From a virus, in the IMG/VR virus record IMGVR_UViG_3300032236_001802, positions 1-64,000 of that record: DNA of 64,000 bases; one strand, given 5' to 3'. Both the position numbers and the translations under genes were made by a program. The notes under the pieces are model-generated. The model saw nothing but the letters and a program-made list of their open reading frames with translations. It had not been told where the DNA came from and searched no databases. How positions within the stretch are numbered: position 1 is the first letter of the stretch; every line of letters starts with the position of its first letter. This document shows positions 53,788 to 64,000 of this stretch, piece by piece.

Positions 53788-56700
53788 CTATTGATTGAGC
53801 CTACCGTTCGGTCTTTGTTGTCTGCGTAATTCTTCAAGCACCGATGCCCGCACCGCATCTCGCAGCTTGGGCATGTTGATTGAAGGCTTCTCCTGAGAGG
53901 ATCCTGCATTGATCTGGATGGGCACCGATACCGATGTACCACCAATGGATCCGCCGCTAGGGACGGCGATCGGGAAGTTCCCCCGAACGATTCCCCCCTC
54001 AGAAAATCTTTGGATGCGATCGCCCTTATGGGCTGCTCCAAGCGCATACCCTGCCCGCGACTGCATCGCCAAATAGCTCCGGGTTTGGGATCGGGTAAGC
54101 ACCATTTCCCCCGGCGTTAGCGTGGCGAGAACTGAGTCCGGCCCTTCGCGCCGCAGGGCATAGCCAATCTCATCCGGGCGATCGCGTAGCCGTTGGTGCC
54201 CAGGGTGGCCCGGTACGATACCGCCATCGGCAAAACCAAACAACCCGCCCAGCAGTCCCCCGATACCGCCGCCCCCACCACCGCCGCCAAATAGCCCACC
54301 ACCGCCCCCGCCGCCCATACCGAACAGATTGCCAAACAATTGCTCTGTGATTAGTTGCGCGGCCAGGTTGGCAAGGCTATTCAAAACGTTGTCGATCATT
54401 TTGGAGAAAGCGTCTTCAATGCTTTCGTTCCCCGTGATCACATCTCCTAAAAACCCTTGGAACGCGCCTTTGACACCCTTTAACGCTTCGGTCATTGGGT
54501 TAAATTGTGCGTTGATGTTTTGCAGATTCACCGCATTGAGTTCAGTGAGATTGTTCCGCAGTTGGGCCACAATATCCGGCGCTGCCCCGACATCCTTTGC
54601 CCACTGGTCAATCTCGCGCATCCCCTGCTGAAGGGAATAGTTTTCGCGGGCGATCGCACCCTCTTTCTCGTATTGATTGGCCTGATACTCAAATCCCATC
54701 GTTCGGGCATAGTTACCCTTGGCATCGTTGATCGACATTCGGGATTCAAACACCTTGGAATCCTCCTGCCACTTCATTTCACTCTGCTGCTTCCTCAGCT
54801 CCTCGGTCTGGGCCTCAAGCTGGCTTTGAAGATTGCTCAAGTCAATTTGGGACAGTCGCTCATACTCTGCCCTGAGCGCCGCCGCCTGCTCCGTTGTTCG
54901 CTCACCCTTGCGAACCTGCTCGTCTAAGGCCATCCCCAATTGAGCGATCTGGTTTTGGGCATTCCTCTGATCCGCTTGGAATCCCAACTGAAGCGCCCTT
55001 TGTTGCAGCTCAAACCGTTGATCGCGTGTAGTGCCAGGGCGTTGGGCCTGGTTCTGGGCCTGTTGGGCCTCAGCCCTCAACACTTCGATCTGTTTGCCCC
55101 CTAGCTCCTGCTCAAATGCAAATTTTCGAGCGGCATTGGCCTGCTCATACTTTTGGCGGATGTCCGTCAATCGTTTCAACGCCTCATCATCAATATTCCC
55201 GCTCAGGGCATCTAGTTTGGCGTTTTGGTCCTGCAACAACGAGATCTGTTTATCCAACTCTGGAACAAACTTTTTCAGCTCATCAGGTAACCCCTCACCC
55301 TTCAGCGTATCCCGAATGCTAAGCGCATCCGCCAGGGCTGATTTTACCTTCTCTGATTCATCGCTTACCTTTTCCCGAAACTCGCGATACTCCCGTTCAG
55401 CTTGGGTTAACTCCTGTTGGAATTGCTTGTCCGGAGTGCTTTCCCCAATCTGCGATCGCATATCGCCAAACTGTTCCATCAGGCTCCGGGTGGATCGGGA
55501 CTGGTCCCGACCTGCAACCTGCAACTGCCGCTCCGCCTTTCTAGCCGCCCGTGCGGCATCCAACCGGGCACCCGCCCCCATCGCCCTAGCTCTGGCCTCA
55601 ATGTCGGCAATCTCCTGCCGTGATGTTTGATCGGCCAAACTGGCTGCATCCCCTAAGCGCCCCTGTAAAGGCTGTGAGGGTGCCCCCCTACTGATTTGAC
55701 CGTCAGGGAACAGCATCCTTGCCTTATTAGCGTATTTTGACCCAACCTCATAAGGCCGGAGGACCATTCTCGCGAAGGATGTGGATGCATCTGCCACAGA
55801 TTGATTCTGCGATCGCTTTTTCCACTCTGCGAACTGGTAATCAGTCATGATGGCGCGCGTGTTTTTGGCCGGATCGTAGTAATCCTTGACTGATTTGATT
55901 CCGCCTTTTCCAATCCAAGTCCCCGGCCTGCCGGGTTCATCGGTTAACTGAAACAACCCCTTACCGCCATATCCGCCCACCTCATCTTTAGCCATACCCA
56001 GGGTCGATTCCTGCATCGCACTAGCCATCATGGCGGCAATTTGATTGTCTTTCAATCCAGCCTTTCGGCCCTCGGCTTCAATGATTGCGGCGTATGCCCG
56101 CTGTTTGGGGTTGACGCCCTTAGGGATGATTGAGCCGCCAGTTTGAACCCTGGGCAGACTGGTGAACCCTTTTGTTGGATTGATGGTATTGCCCGCCTGT
56201 GCAATCTGCTTGGTTAATTGATTGCCATCCAGGAATTGAAACTGTGATGCGCCCGACTTTCTCAATTCGGCTTGGAACCTATTGAAATCAGCTTCGGTTT
56301 TGAACACGATGCACCCTGCACTGCCGGGAGCCGTAGCGCGGTTGGCGTCGGTGTGGAATCCGATCGCGGATCTCTCCGTGTTAAACGTTGGATTTACACC
56401 GATGAATGTTTTGCCCACACCAGGTAAGCCAGAGGCGATCGGTGCCCCGATATTGTAAGTCCCATACTCGACTGGAGCCATTGACCCCGATCGCGTAGTT
56501 CCACCTTTACCGAATTGATTCTGCGTTGTGGCCTGTCCAGAGTTCACGGTGTGTTCAGAAACCGCTTTCCCAGACCGATCAAATACCACTAGCTTCAGGT
56601 TCTCTAGTCCATATTCATCCTTGATCCCCGTGCGCTGCATGACCACTTTCCCGGCAAAATTCTTGCTGGTGACACCTGTTATCCCACTTGCACTACTGCT

Positions 56701-59700
56701 CCCCTCTGCCCCGGTTGGCAGTTGCCCGCCCAACTCCGTGGCCTGCTTTAAGGTGTCCTGTAACTGCTGCTGCTTGCCCATGATTTCCCGTTGTGCGGCG
56801 ATCGCCTGCTCAAACGGTTGGCTCAATGAATCAATCAGCCCGATCAAACTATCAACAAACTCACTGATATAGTTATCCTGAAACCCTTTCAGCGCAGACT
56901 TTAGGCGGTTCTTAGCGTTAGCGTTAGCGATCTGATTGCGGATCTCTTTCGAGCTAAGCGCCGCCTCTTGAGCCTGCCGCTGGATACCCTGGTAGAACTC
57001 CTCAACTTGCTTAGCCAGATCGCGCATCCGCCGCATTGCCGATACTTGTGCCTCGGCAAGGTCTGCTTCAAATCCCGACACCTGCCCTTCCAGTTGTTGC
57101 AGATCAGCCAGCTTGGCCAGAAGGGCTTTGTCCCGTGGCCCCGTAGCGCGATCGCTGAGTGTTTTTAGCTCTGCGGTCCCGGTCTGATTCGTAATGTTGT
57201 AGTTCTTCTGGATGGTTGCAATATCCTGCACATTCATCTCAGAGCGCATCTGGGCGATCGCCTGCCGGTTGAGTTTAATCTTCTCGGCGAGTTGATCTTG
57301 CTGCAATAGCTCGGTTCTCCGTGCGCTTTCACCCTGGGAGCCGCCCGCTAGTTCTGATTCGGCGATCGCCTTACGGGTTACGTTTCCAGTTTTTTCAAGG
57401 GCGGAAGTAGCATCCTCCAACTTGTCCACGATGCCCGCCCATGCCCGCTCAAACGCGGCCAAACCGTTCACCGAACTTGCCATAGCCTGAGTGAGGGCTT
57501 CTTGATCCTTCTGCGCTCCGGCTAGAGCGGTTTGGAATTGCACTAACCGGACGTTGTATTCATCCTGGGTAATCTTGCCCTCTTGAGCCAAATCTCCCAG
57601 ACTCTTGATCGCGTTCTTATAGGTTTCAATTTCCGCCGCGTTAGCCTGCTGTAATGCGGCCACAGGCTTTACTAAAGCCTCCCGCTTACCCAATAGTGCA
57701 TCTTCCTGGGATTTGAGCGCTCTGGCACCCTCTTTGTCGTTGGGATTAGTAACCGCCAGCCCCCGCCGCCGCCCCTGGATCTCCTGGATCTGGCGATCAA
57801 TATCCTTCACCTGATTGAGTTGGGACTGAGCGCCCTTCAATTGCTGGGTAACCCGATAGTGCATCTCCATTCGGGATCCGGCCAAATCGTCCATGGCGAT
57901 ACTGCGATCGTCCGCTTGATTCTGGGCAAAGGTCCGCCCACCGAATAAGCCCTGTACGCCGCGCTCCATATTCCCGATCGCCTTCTTAGCCCCCTCCCCA
58001 CCAATAAAGCCAGCCACACCCCCAAGGAACGTGCCCTCAAGTAGCGAATCCCCCTTCAAACCGCTGGCATTCTTCGGCATGGAGTCCATAAAATCGCGTT
58101 GGGCAACCCTCGCCTCAATCAGTGCAGATGTGTAATCCTTCAGCCCGCTCTGTGCCGCCGTTGCAAACTCTCGGAACTGCCCGCCCTGGTCGCTCAGGGA
58201 TTTGCCCACCATACCAAGCATGTCAATGACCGTTTGCACGATCATAAACTTGGCAAGGAACGCGCCGATGATTGGTGCGAACTTGGCAATCATCGCCATC
58301 AGCGATCCAAATGCTTTGCTTAGGGATGGGAGAAGAGTACCCGCCGCCGCAAAGGATGCAAGGAATTTCCCGGCAAACATTAGGGCGACGGCAGGAAGCG
58401 TCTTTAACAGGATAGATAGAACTCCGATAAGTAGCTCAATCCCGCCCACTGCAACATCTGCGCCGATTTTATTAAGTTGCAAGATGAATTGCCCCATCGT
58501 TGCCTGCAATTCAAAAATTACGTTATTTAATCGATTGAGCGATGCTTGCGCCGATTTTGATGCAGCGGCAACACCAACAGAGCTTTCTGCTCCTAATTGT
58601 TGGGCAAACTTGGGTAGAAATTCAGAGGATAATACCTCTCCCCGTTCTACCATTTTTGAAAACTCAGAGGTTGTCATTCCCATCGATCGCGCTGCAATAT
58701 TTAGCGCCCCCGGCAGACTGTCCCCAAGTTGTTGACGTAGTTCTTCCATGCTTACGACGCCTTTTGAAGCCAGTTGCGAAAGTGCTTCAAACACTAGCTT
58801 CTGCCGCTCTGGAGACAGTTGATAATTAGCCGTAGCCTGAGATACGTTTTTGAAAATCGATAACGATTGATCGCCTTCCAGCGAAGTATCTTTCGTGCTT
58901 GCAGAGAACTGGGCATAACCTTCAATCGAAGCTCTTAAATCCGTTCCTAATCGTTTAGCTTCACTCCTCAGTGAAGCCATAACTTCAGCGCCCCGACTTG
59001 CCCCACCACTTGTAAAGGTGATGGTCCGGTTGAATCGGTCCATATCTAGCGCGGCTTGCTTACAGGCTTCCCCGATTTGCTGAAGAATTGGGACAATTAC
59101 TGCCGCGCCGCCCAACCCCAACAGGGAAGACATTGCCAGCCCAAACGCCCCAGGGATTTTCATGAACGTGCCAATCATCGACTGGATCCGTTCTTTGGCC
59201 ATGTCGATAAACCCGCCAGCGGCAACTAGCCGCTTAATCCGTGCGGCGATCGATTCTGGCTGGTTCATATCTGGGAGATTCACAGATTGATTGAAGCGCT
59301 GATTTACATTAGATTCAGCGCGTTCAAATCGGTTGTAATTCTTACCAAAGCTGGCTTCTGCCTGATATGCCTTAGCTTCTGCCTCTGGATCTGGTTTTGC
59401 GTTAAGTTCGCGGATCCGGTTTACGGCTGAAGAGATAGCTTCATCTATTCCGCCGAATGCGAACTGCACATCCTGTGCCGCTGAATCCAACCCAGAGAAC
59501 TCAGCCAGAACCTGATTGACTTGCTCTTGCAAACCCATGGAGGAATACTGCCGTGTTTCCCCGCTGCTAAATTGTTGACGTGCTTCCACAATGCGAGGGG
59601 CGATCGCCGCTGCTGCTGCTGCCCCCTTACCTGGTACCGCCGCTAGAACTGGGCTGATACTGTTGAGGATTTGATCGACAGCCATAGCGATCGCAGATCC

Positions 59701-62700
59701 AGCGACATCCCCGGTTAGCCCATTCCCCATCTCAGATTCTAGGGCTTGCAGCTCTATCGCCGCCTGCTTGAGCAAGGTATTGAACTTTTGCAGTAGCGTA
59801 GCCGATTGATAAACCTGGTCGTTTTGGAGCTTCTGATAGGCGGTTACACCCGCCGCACCCGCTAGGCTGGCTTGCCGCCCTGCCATGCTGCCAACAACTC
59901 CCGCCACGCTACCAGCAACGGGCCCCGCCGCCCCCGCCGCTGTACTGGCAATCGTGCCCCCGGCGATCGCGGCTGCATCTGGTAGCACCCGCCGCAGAGT
60001 CCCCGGCGATCGCAACGACTGCATTAAATCGGCAATCTGCTGGCGTTGATCTTCAAATGCATATTGCTGCTCAGGAACCTTAAGCCGCGCCTGGGTCGCT
60101 AAATTCCTAGCGCGTGAGATTTGGGACTTCGTATTGTTGATCTGATTCCCTGCGCGGGTTCCCATCTTGGCCTCAGCCCCTAAGCTGGCCGATAGGTCCG
60201 AGATCTCGGCAGTAGCGGTTTCTGCCATGTCCTGAATTGTGCGGATCAGTGCATCCGCCAGTTGCAGATCACCTTTTTTGATCGCGGCCTTTAACCCTTG
60301 GTAACCTTCGCGAATCTGGGCAGAAATTTCCTTGGCCCGTGCAACTGCATCATCTGCACTGACCTTGTAAGCGAAGGCGGCTTGCTCTACCTTAACTTGA
60401 TCGGCTTGAATCTGCTTAACGGCTGCCGCCGGCGAGGGAACCGCATTACTTGAAACCGTTGCCGTGAGTGCTTTTAGTGGCTGTTGCGCCTCAACTAAAA
60501 TCGGCTCTGCCTGCGGCGGCAGGGCAAGTTTGGGCTTGAATTCTACCGCGTTACCCACCGCCCCCACCGCTGCCCCGGCCCCGGCCTGCAACATTTTACC
60601 GCCTAATACAACGGTACCAGCGTTAACGGCCATATCGCCGATCGCCCCTCCCGCCGCATGAATCGCCCCCGTGGTTGCAGTGGAAACGCCCTGGGCAATC
60701 CCCATAGCATGGGGGAACGCTTGCCCAATAAATCCAGCCGCCGAATTAGCCAGCCCACTAGTTCCGGCCTGCATCAACGGGTCGATACCAGCCCCGACCA
60801 ACCCGTGCAACCCGTGCGCCATCGCGCCGCCTGCTGGGCCTAGGGCATGGGTGGCTAGGGTAAACCCAACCGCAGGCAGGGCAAGCTGCTGCAAGCCTCC
60901 CTTAATCGTGCGTCCCATGGGCATGATGTCCAGTGCCACCCCTTCCAACCCCTTGGCCAGTGCCAGCCCTGCCCGCGCCGCTGTACCAAGGGCATGGGCC
61001 ACCCCCGCGCCCGCTTTGATTAATCCATTTGTGGCCTCATTGGAGCGCGTAGCTAGGGCGCTGGATTGCTGGGAATTGGCATACTCGCTGACCTTGCGAA
61101 AAACTGACTGTCCGGCACCGGCAACGCGCCCCGCCATGGCCCCGGCTCCGGCTGCGGCCTCCTGCAACTGCTCCCGCCGTCGTGCTGCGGCCTCCTGCCG
61201 TTGCAACTGTTCCGCCGCCCGCCGCCGCGATACGGTAAAAACTTCCTGACTCATCCGATCCACATCAGGATAATTACCGATCGCGTCAACTAACTGCTTT
61301 TTATTTAGTTGATCTGCCCCCTCAACACCTAGATTCTGAGCGATCGGCAGTAGGTCTTTTTTGCGATTGAATGTCCCCGCCGCTTCCCGTGCGGTTTGCC
61401 GTAGGCGTTCCGGTTTTTCAGAGATTGCCTGCCCAAAGTCTTCATAAAGCTGGAACAGATCAGCGATCGCGCCCTTGAAGGCGGCTTGCAGCTTACCAAT
61501 CTCTTGATCAATCTCTGCTACGGGTAACTGGCTAATGTCTGGGATTGCATCAAAGCTTCGAGAAAATTCTTTATTGATGTCTTCAATTTCAGCCAGCATC
61601 GCCGAAATTTCCTCATCAACATTAACCGTCGCCCCGGCAATCTTACCCTTCAGTGATTGCAGAATTTTCAGCCGTGCTTCGTTGTATTGATTTTGGATTT
61701 CCCCGCCGCCAACACCAGCCACGGTGTTAAATCGGGCGATCGCCTGCTTCTGTTCAACACTTGCCTTAATCGCGGCAGTGTTGCGTTCTGCGAACACGTA
61801 GGCGTCTGTTTCTGTTGCGCGATTGTAGTCAGCATTGCCGCCGACATTAGCTTTTACAGATCCTTCAATACGCCCACCTAGTTTTTTAGCTTCCTCAGCA
61901 GTTGCCTGCAATAGCTCAACACCCGTTTCAGTTCCATGTGCTAACTCCCCAAATAGAGATTGCATCGCATGGCGCAATTCATGTACCAGTGTTTCAAATT
62001 CTTTATCACCAAGCTTGCCTTTGCTGATTTGCTCAATCACTTCAGGGCGCACTCTGATTTCGTTGGCGGTTGAACTGTAAGAAGCGTGAGCCGTTTTGGG
62101 CATTTGATCATCGGCGATCAGTCGCGGAATGTCCGCACTGGTCATCGCAACTTTAGATGCTTTGGCCACATCTAAGGCGATTTGCTCGTAGATGTCTGTT
62201 ATGTTATTAAATTGATAGCTACCCTGAGCCTGCGCGGCCTGCACAGTGCGCCCTGAGCGCGATGCAACGTCTACCGGAATCTTCAGTAAATCTTTGTTCC
62301 TCTCTACTGCGATGCCTCTTTGAAACGATCTATTAGCCTTATAAAATTCATCAATGCTCTGCTGTAACTCTGCCGAATCTTTGCTTAAAGACGTTTCGGC
62401 GATTCGATAGATACCCTTTAGCTCATTACTTAAATTTGAATAAGAATCAGCCAATGTCTTGATTTGACCACCGATCCGACTAACACCCTCTTGATCGCCC
62501 GCCGCTCCCGCCGCCTGAAGCTGTGGAAATAGCGCCTCTCTAGATTGTTGATTAACAGCCATGCGATCGCGAATCTTACCCGCACCCAATCGCTCTGCCT
62601 CTGCTTCCATCTTGGATTGAAGCGTTTGAGATTGACTGGTGATGCGATCGCGCTCTATCTCTAATTGGCGTTGCTGCTGCTGCAACCGATCATAATTTTG

Positions 62701-63552
62701 CTTGAATTGCTTATTTTCTTCACGGGCCTGCTCCCCGGCATAGGTATCCCGTTTTTTGGCCTGCGCGGTCTGCTTACCTCTGGTCGCAAATCCTTCGCGG
62801 GTAATGTCGGCTTCCCCAATAACATCATTAATCGTCTGGGTTATGCCAGCAAGATCCGCGCCCATGGCGTTTAGCAATTCCTCGGCCAACCCTTGCCCCA
62901 GCTTGCGACCGACCAGGTTAAAGCTCCCGATTATGTCGCTCAATTCACCCTGAATTCCGTCTGACAAACCCTTACCCAAATCATGGGCGATGTTTTGCCC
63001 AAGTCCCAGCCCCACACCAGACACGATCGGGCCAAAGATAGCCCCAATCGCCTTAAATGGTGCGGTAATCGCTCCGGTTATCAGATTACCTTTCGGTTTA
63101 GCTGCAGCAAACCCGTTCTCGATGGCCTTGGATATTGCCTTGCTAACACCTTCAGAGTCAGTTTTAACCTGAACCTGCTGGGTTGTTTGCTGAGTTTGCT
63201 GAACGGTTTGGGCTGGCGTTGTCGTTTTAACGTTGACCTGAATATTCCGGTTTTGAAGCCGGTCAAGTTGCCTATTGAGATCCGTTAGTGCCTTGTCGTT
63301 GACCTTGGGGGTCAAGGGTTTGGAGTTCATCAGGCTTTGAACTCTGCCCCAGTGCTGCTCCTTACTGGTAAGGTGACGATTCAGATTAGTTAAAGCCGAA
63401 TCGTCAACCCGTACCGTATTCCCCCGTCCTAGCGATCGCTCAATCAGTCCCCCGATCCTGACGGCATCCGTTCGGGCTTTCTCCAAGGTCCGGTTATAGT
63501 CCGTTGGATTGAGCTTCAAGTCTAGGATGAGTTGACCGAGGGATAGTGCCAT
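53788..63552 (-). CDS. tape measure protein (3254 aa) with metallopeptidase, L,D-transpeptidase-like and lysozyme-like modules
   Basis: LGQLILDL N-terminus; tape-measure core (SKGVVSMEELRQQLGDSLPGA); HELRH; FH..GSAGC; QES..GLFQ; C-terminal FADGGIV and LTPGEMVL. Confidence 0.92.
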   Translation of the reverse strand: MALSLGQLILDLKLNPTDYNRTLEKARTDAVRIGGLIERSLGRGNTVRVDDSALTNLNRHLTSKEQHWGRVQSLMNSKPLTPKVNDKALTDLNRQLDRLQNRNIQVNVKTTTPAQTVQQTQQTTQQVQVKTDSEGVSKAISKAIENGFAAAKPKGNLITGAITAPFKAIGAIFGPIVSGVGLGLGQNIAHDLGKGLSDGIQGELSDIIGSFNLVGRKLGQGLAEELLNAMGADLAGITQTINDVIGEADITREGFATRGKQTAQAKKRDTYAGEQAREENKQFKQNYDRLQQQQRQLEIERDRITSQSQTLQSKMEAEAERLGAGKIRDRMAVNQQSREALFPQLQAAGAAGDQEGVSRIGGQIKTLADSYSNLSNELKGIYRIAETSLSKDSAELQQSIDEFYKANRSFQRGIAVERNKDLLKIPVDVASRSGRTVQAAQAQGSYQFNNITDIYEQIALDVAKASKVAMTSADIPRLIADDQMPKTAHASYSSTANEIRVRPEVIEQISKGKLGDKEFETLVHELRHAMQSLFGELAHGTETGVELLQATAEEAKKLGGRIEGSVKANVGGNADYNRATETDAYVFAERNTAAIKASVEQKQAIARFNTVAGVGGGEIQNQYNEARLKILQSLKGKIAGATVNVDEEISAMLAEIEDINKEFSRSFDAIPDISQLPVAEIDQEIGKLQAAFKGAIADLFQLYEDFGQAISEKPERLRQTAREAAGTFNRKKDLLPIAQNLGVEGADQLNKKQLVDAIGNYPDVDRMSQEVFTVSRRRAAEQLQRQEAAARRREQLQEAAAGAGAMAGRVAGAGQSVFRKVSEYANSQQSSALATRSNEATNGLIKAGAGVAHALGTAARAGLALAKGLEGVALDIMPMGRTIKGGLQQLALPAVGFTLATHALGPAGGAMAHGLHGLVGAGIDPLMQAGTSGLANSAAGFIGQAFPHAMGIAQGVSTATTGAIHAAGGAIGDMAVNAGTVVLGGKMLQAGAGAAVGAVGNAVEFKPKLALPPQAEPILVEAQQPLKALTATVSSNAVPSPAAAVKQIQADQVKVEQAAFAYKVSADDAVARAKEISAQIREGYQGLKAAIKKGDLQLADALIRTIQDMAETATAEISDLSASLGAEAKMGTRAGNQINNTKSQISRARNLATQARLKVPEQQYAFEDQRQQIADLMQSLRSPGTLRRVLPDAAAIAGGTIASTAAGAAGPVAGSVAGVVGSMAGRQASLAGAAGVTAYQKLQNDQVYQSATLLQKFNTLLKQAAIELQALESEMGNGLTGDVAGSAIAMAVDQILNSISPVLAAVPGKGAAAAAAIAPRIVEARQQFSSGETRQYSSMGLQEQVNQVLAEFSGLDSAAQDVQFAFGGIDEAISSAVNRIRELNAKPDPEAEAKAYQAEASFGKNYNRFERAESNVNQRFNQSVNLPDMNQPESIAARIKRLVAAGGFIDMAKERIQSMIGTFMKIPGAFGLAMSSLLGLGGAAVIVPILQQIGEACKQAALDMDRFNRTITFTSGGASRGAEVMASLRSEAKRLGTDLRASIEGYAQFSASTKDTSLEGDQSLSIFKNVSQATANYQLSPERQKLVFEALSQLASKGVVSMEELRQQLGDSLPGALNIAARSMGMTTSEFSKMVERGEVLSSEFLPKFAQQLGAESSVGVAAASKSAQASLNRLNNVIFELQATMGQFILQLNKIGADVAVGGIELLIGVLSILLKTLPAVALMFAGKFLASFAAAGTLLPSLSKAFGSLMAMIAKFAPIIGAFLAKFMIVQTVIDMLGMVGKSLSDQGGQFREFATAAQSGLKDYTSALIEARVAQRDFMDSMPKNASGLKGDSLLEGTFLGGVAGFIGGEGAKKAIGNMERGVQGLFGGRTFAQNQADDRSIAMDDLAGSRMEMHYRVTQQLKGAQSQLNQVKDIDRQIQEIQGRRRGLAVTNPNDKEGARALKSQEDALLGKREALVKPVAALQQANAAEIETYKNAIKSLGDLAQEGKITQDEYNVRLVQFQTALAGAQKDQEALTQAMASSVNGLAAFERAWAGIVDKLEDATSALEKTGNVTRKAIAESELAGGSQGESARRTELLQQDQLAEKIKLNRQAIAQMRSEMNVQDIATIQKNYNITNQTGTAELKTLSDRATGPRDKALLAKLADLQQLEGQVSGFEADLAEAQVSAMRRMRDLAKQVEEFYQGIQRQAQEAALSSKEIRNQIANANAKNRLKSALKGFQDNYISEFVDSLIGLIDSLSQPFEQAIAAQREIMGKQQQLQDTLKQATELGGQLPTGAEGSSSASGITGVTSKNFAGKVVMQRTGIKDEYGLENLKLVVFDRSGKAVSEHTVNSGQATTQNQFGKGGTTRSGSMAPVEYGTYNIGAPIASGLPGVGKTFIGVNPTFNTERSAIGFHTDANRATAPGSAGCIVFKTEADFNRFQAELRKSGASQFQFLDGNQLTKQIAQAGNTINPTKGFTSLPRVQTGGSIIPKGVNPKQRAYAAIIEAEGRKAGLKDNQIAAMMASAMQESTLGMAKDEVGGYGGKGLFQLTDEPGRPGTWIGKGGIKSVKDYYDPAKNTRAIMTDYQFAEWKKRSQNQSVADASTSFARMVLRPYEVGSKYANKARMLFPDGQISRGAPSQPLQGRLGDAASLADQTSRQEIADIEARARAMGAGARLDAARAARKAERQLQVAGRDQSRSTRSLMEQFGDMRSQIGESTPDKQFQQELTQAEREYREFREKVSDESEKVKSALADALSIRDTLKGEGLPDELKKFVPELDKQISLLQDQNAKLDALSGNIDDEALKRLTDIRQKYEQANAARKFAFEQELGGKQIEVLRAEAQQAQNQAQRPGTTRDQRFELQQRALQLGFQADQRNAQNQIAQLGMALDEQVRKGERTTEQAAALRAEYERLSQIDLSNLQSQLEAQTEELRKQQSEMKWQEDSKVFESRMSINDAKGNYARTMGFEYQANQYEKEGAIARENYSLQQGMREIDQWAKDVGAAPDIVAQLRNNLTELNAVNLQNINAQFNPMTEALKGVKGAFQGFLGDVITGNESIEDAFSKMIDNVLNSLANLAAQLITEQLFGNLFGMGGGGGGGLFGGGGGGGGIGGLLGGLFGFADGGIVPGHPGHQRLRDRPDEIGYALRREGPDSVLATLTPGEMVLTRSQTRSYLAMQSRAGYALGAAHKGDRIQRFSEGGIVRGNFPIAVPSGGSIGGTSVSVPIQINAGSSQEKPSINMPKLRDAVRASVLEELRRQQRPNGRLNQ

Positions 63553-63848
63553 TAGAATTCCGGCGTTTTTAGAGTTGCGGGTTCATATCGATATTTTTCA
63601 GCCCACTCAATGAGAGTTTTTGCCGCCGCCTGCCCTGGCCTAAGAGGTTGCATGGGCTGCCCCCATTGGGGCAGTTTTACAGCGGTCCAAAGGTCTGCGG
63701 GTAGAACGATAGACACATCGCCGCAGGGCAACGATAAACCCGCATAGAACCAGCCGTCTGGGGCTTGGGTGCCTCCTGTATCCCGATAGGATTTCCACCC
63801 CGTGGAGGGTGGTAGTAGATTGCACAGAGCAATAAACAGAGCATTCAA
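63552..63848 (-). CDS. hypothetical protein resembling a degenerate WDGH-type domain; frame is open up to 63926
   Basis: LFIALC..WKS...GWF.AG..LP.G......LW; TAATG-coupled to the TMP. Confidence 0.5.
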   Translation of the reverse strand: MNALFIALCNLLPPSTGWKSYRDTGGTQAPDGWFYAGLSLPCGDVSIVLPADLWTAVKLPQWGQPMQPLRPGQAAAKTLIEWAEKYRYEPATLKTPEF

Positions 63849-63904
63849 AAAGTCATCTCGATCCGGAAAGGTTGGTTCTAGCGCGATCGCTTCATCGATT
63901 TCGG

Positions 63905-64000
63905 TTATAGCTGCTTTTTGGCCTCCTTAAGAAAATCAGATAGTTGCCCCAGGAACTCTTGAGGGATTTTGCCCTCACGCTCCAACTGAATCAGAATCTT
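63905..64000 (-). CDS. 3' end of an upstream gene, candidate tail assembly chaperone
   Basis: ...KILIQLEREGKIPQEFLGQLSDFLKEAKKQL*; positioned before the TMP. Confidence 0.45.
   Translation of the reverse strand, partial: KILIQLEREGKIPQEFLGQLSDFLKEAKKQL

Noticed and set aside
54117-63288. Many alternative-frame and antisense ORFs within the TMP (likewise within gpJ, terL and dnaB)
   Set aside because: Shadow ORFs of long genes, with no motifs or RBS.
1-64000. tRNA/rRNA genes, integrase, major capsid, IS transposases
   Set aside because: None recognised by eye. They may lie outside the window; tRNAscan-SE and HMM searches would be needed to exclude them.

Overview
This window is a 64 kb slice of a large lambda-like (siphovirus) phage or prophage. 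The host is very probably a cyanobacterium, because the HIP1 octamer GCGATCGC occurs many dozens of times. Structural genes: a partial tail fibre at the left edge, portal, TerL interrupted by a class 3 LAGLIDADG intein, a TerS-like protein, lambda-type tail tip genes (L, K, I, J, two M-like), an M15A endolysin and a 3254-aa tape measure protein with three embedded enzyme modules. Replication genes: an initiator with iterons, DnaB and gp157. Accessory content is heavy: a complete preQ0 7-deazaguanine DNA-modification operon (queE-queD-folE-queC-dpdA-parB) headed by the TerS-like gene, two DNA methyltransferases, a GT2+GT8 glycosyltransferase, PNKP, a 2H phosphoesterase, an Acb2/Tad1-like sponge candidate and a variant GGDEF protein. 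The least explained elements are (i) a 10-gene coupled membrane operon ending in a membrane-anchored FtsK/HerA-like ATPase (15988-20820), (ii) three dispersed TCTCACCC-N14-GGGTGAGA sites and (iii) the scrambled structural gene order. No capsid, integrase, CRISPR or RNA gene was recognised. All family calls come from motif recognition by eye; no database searches were run.
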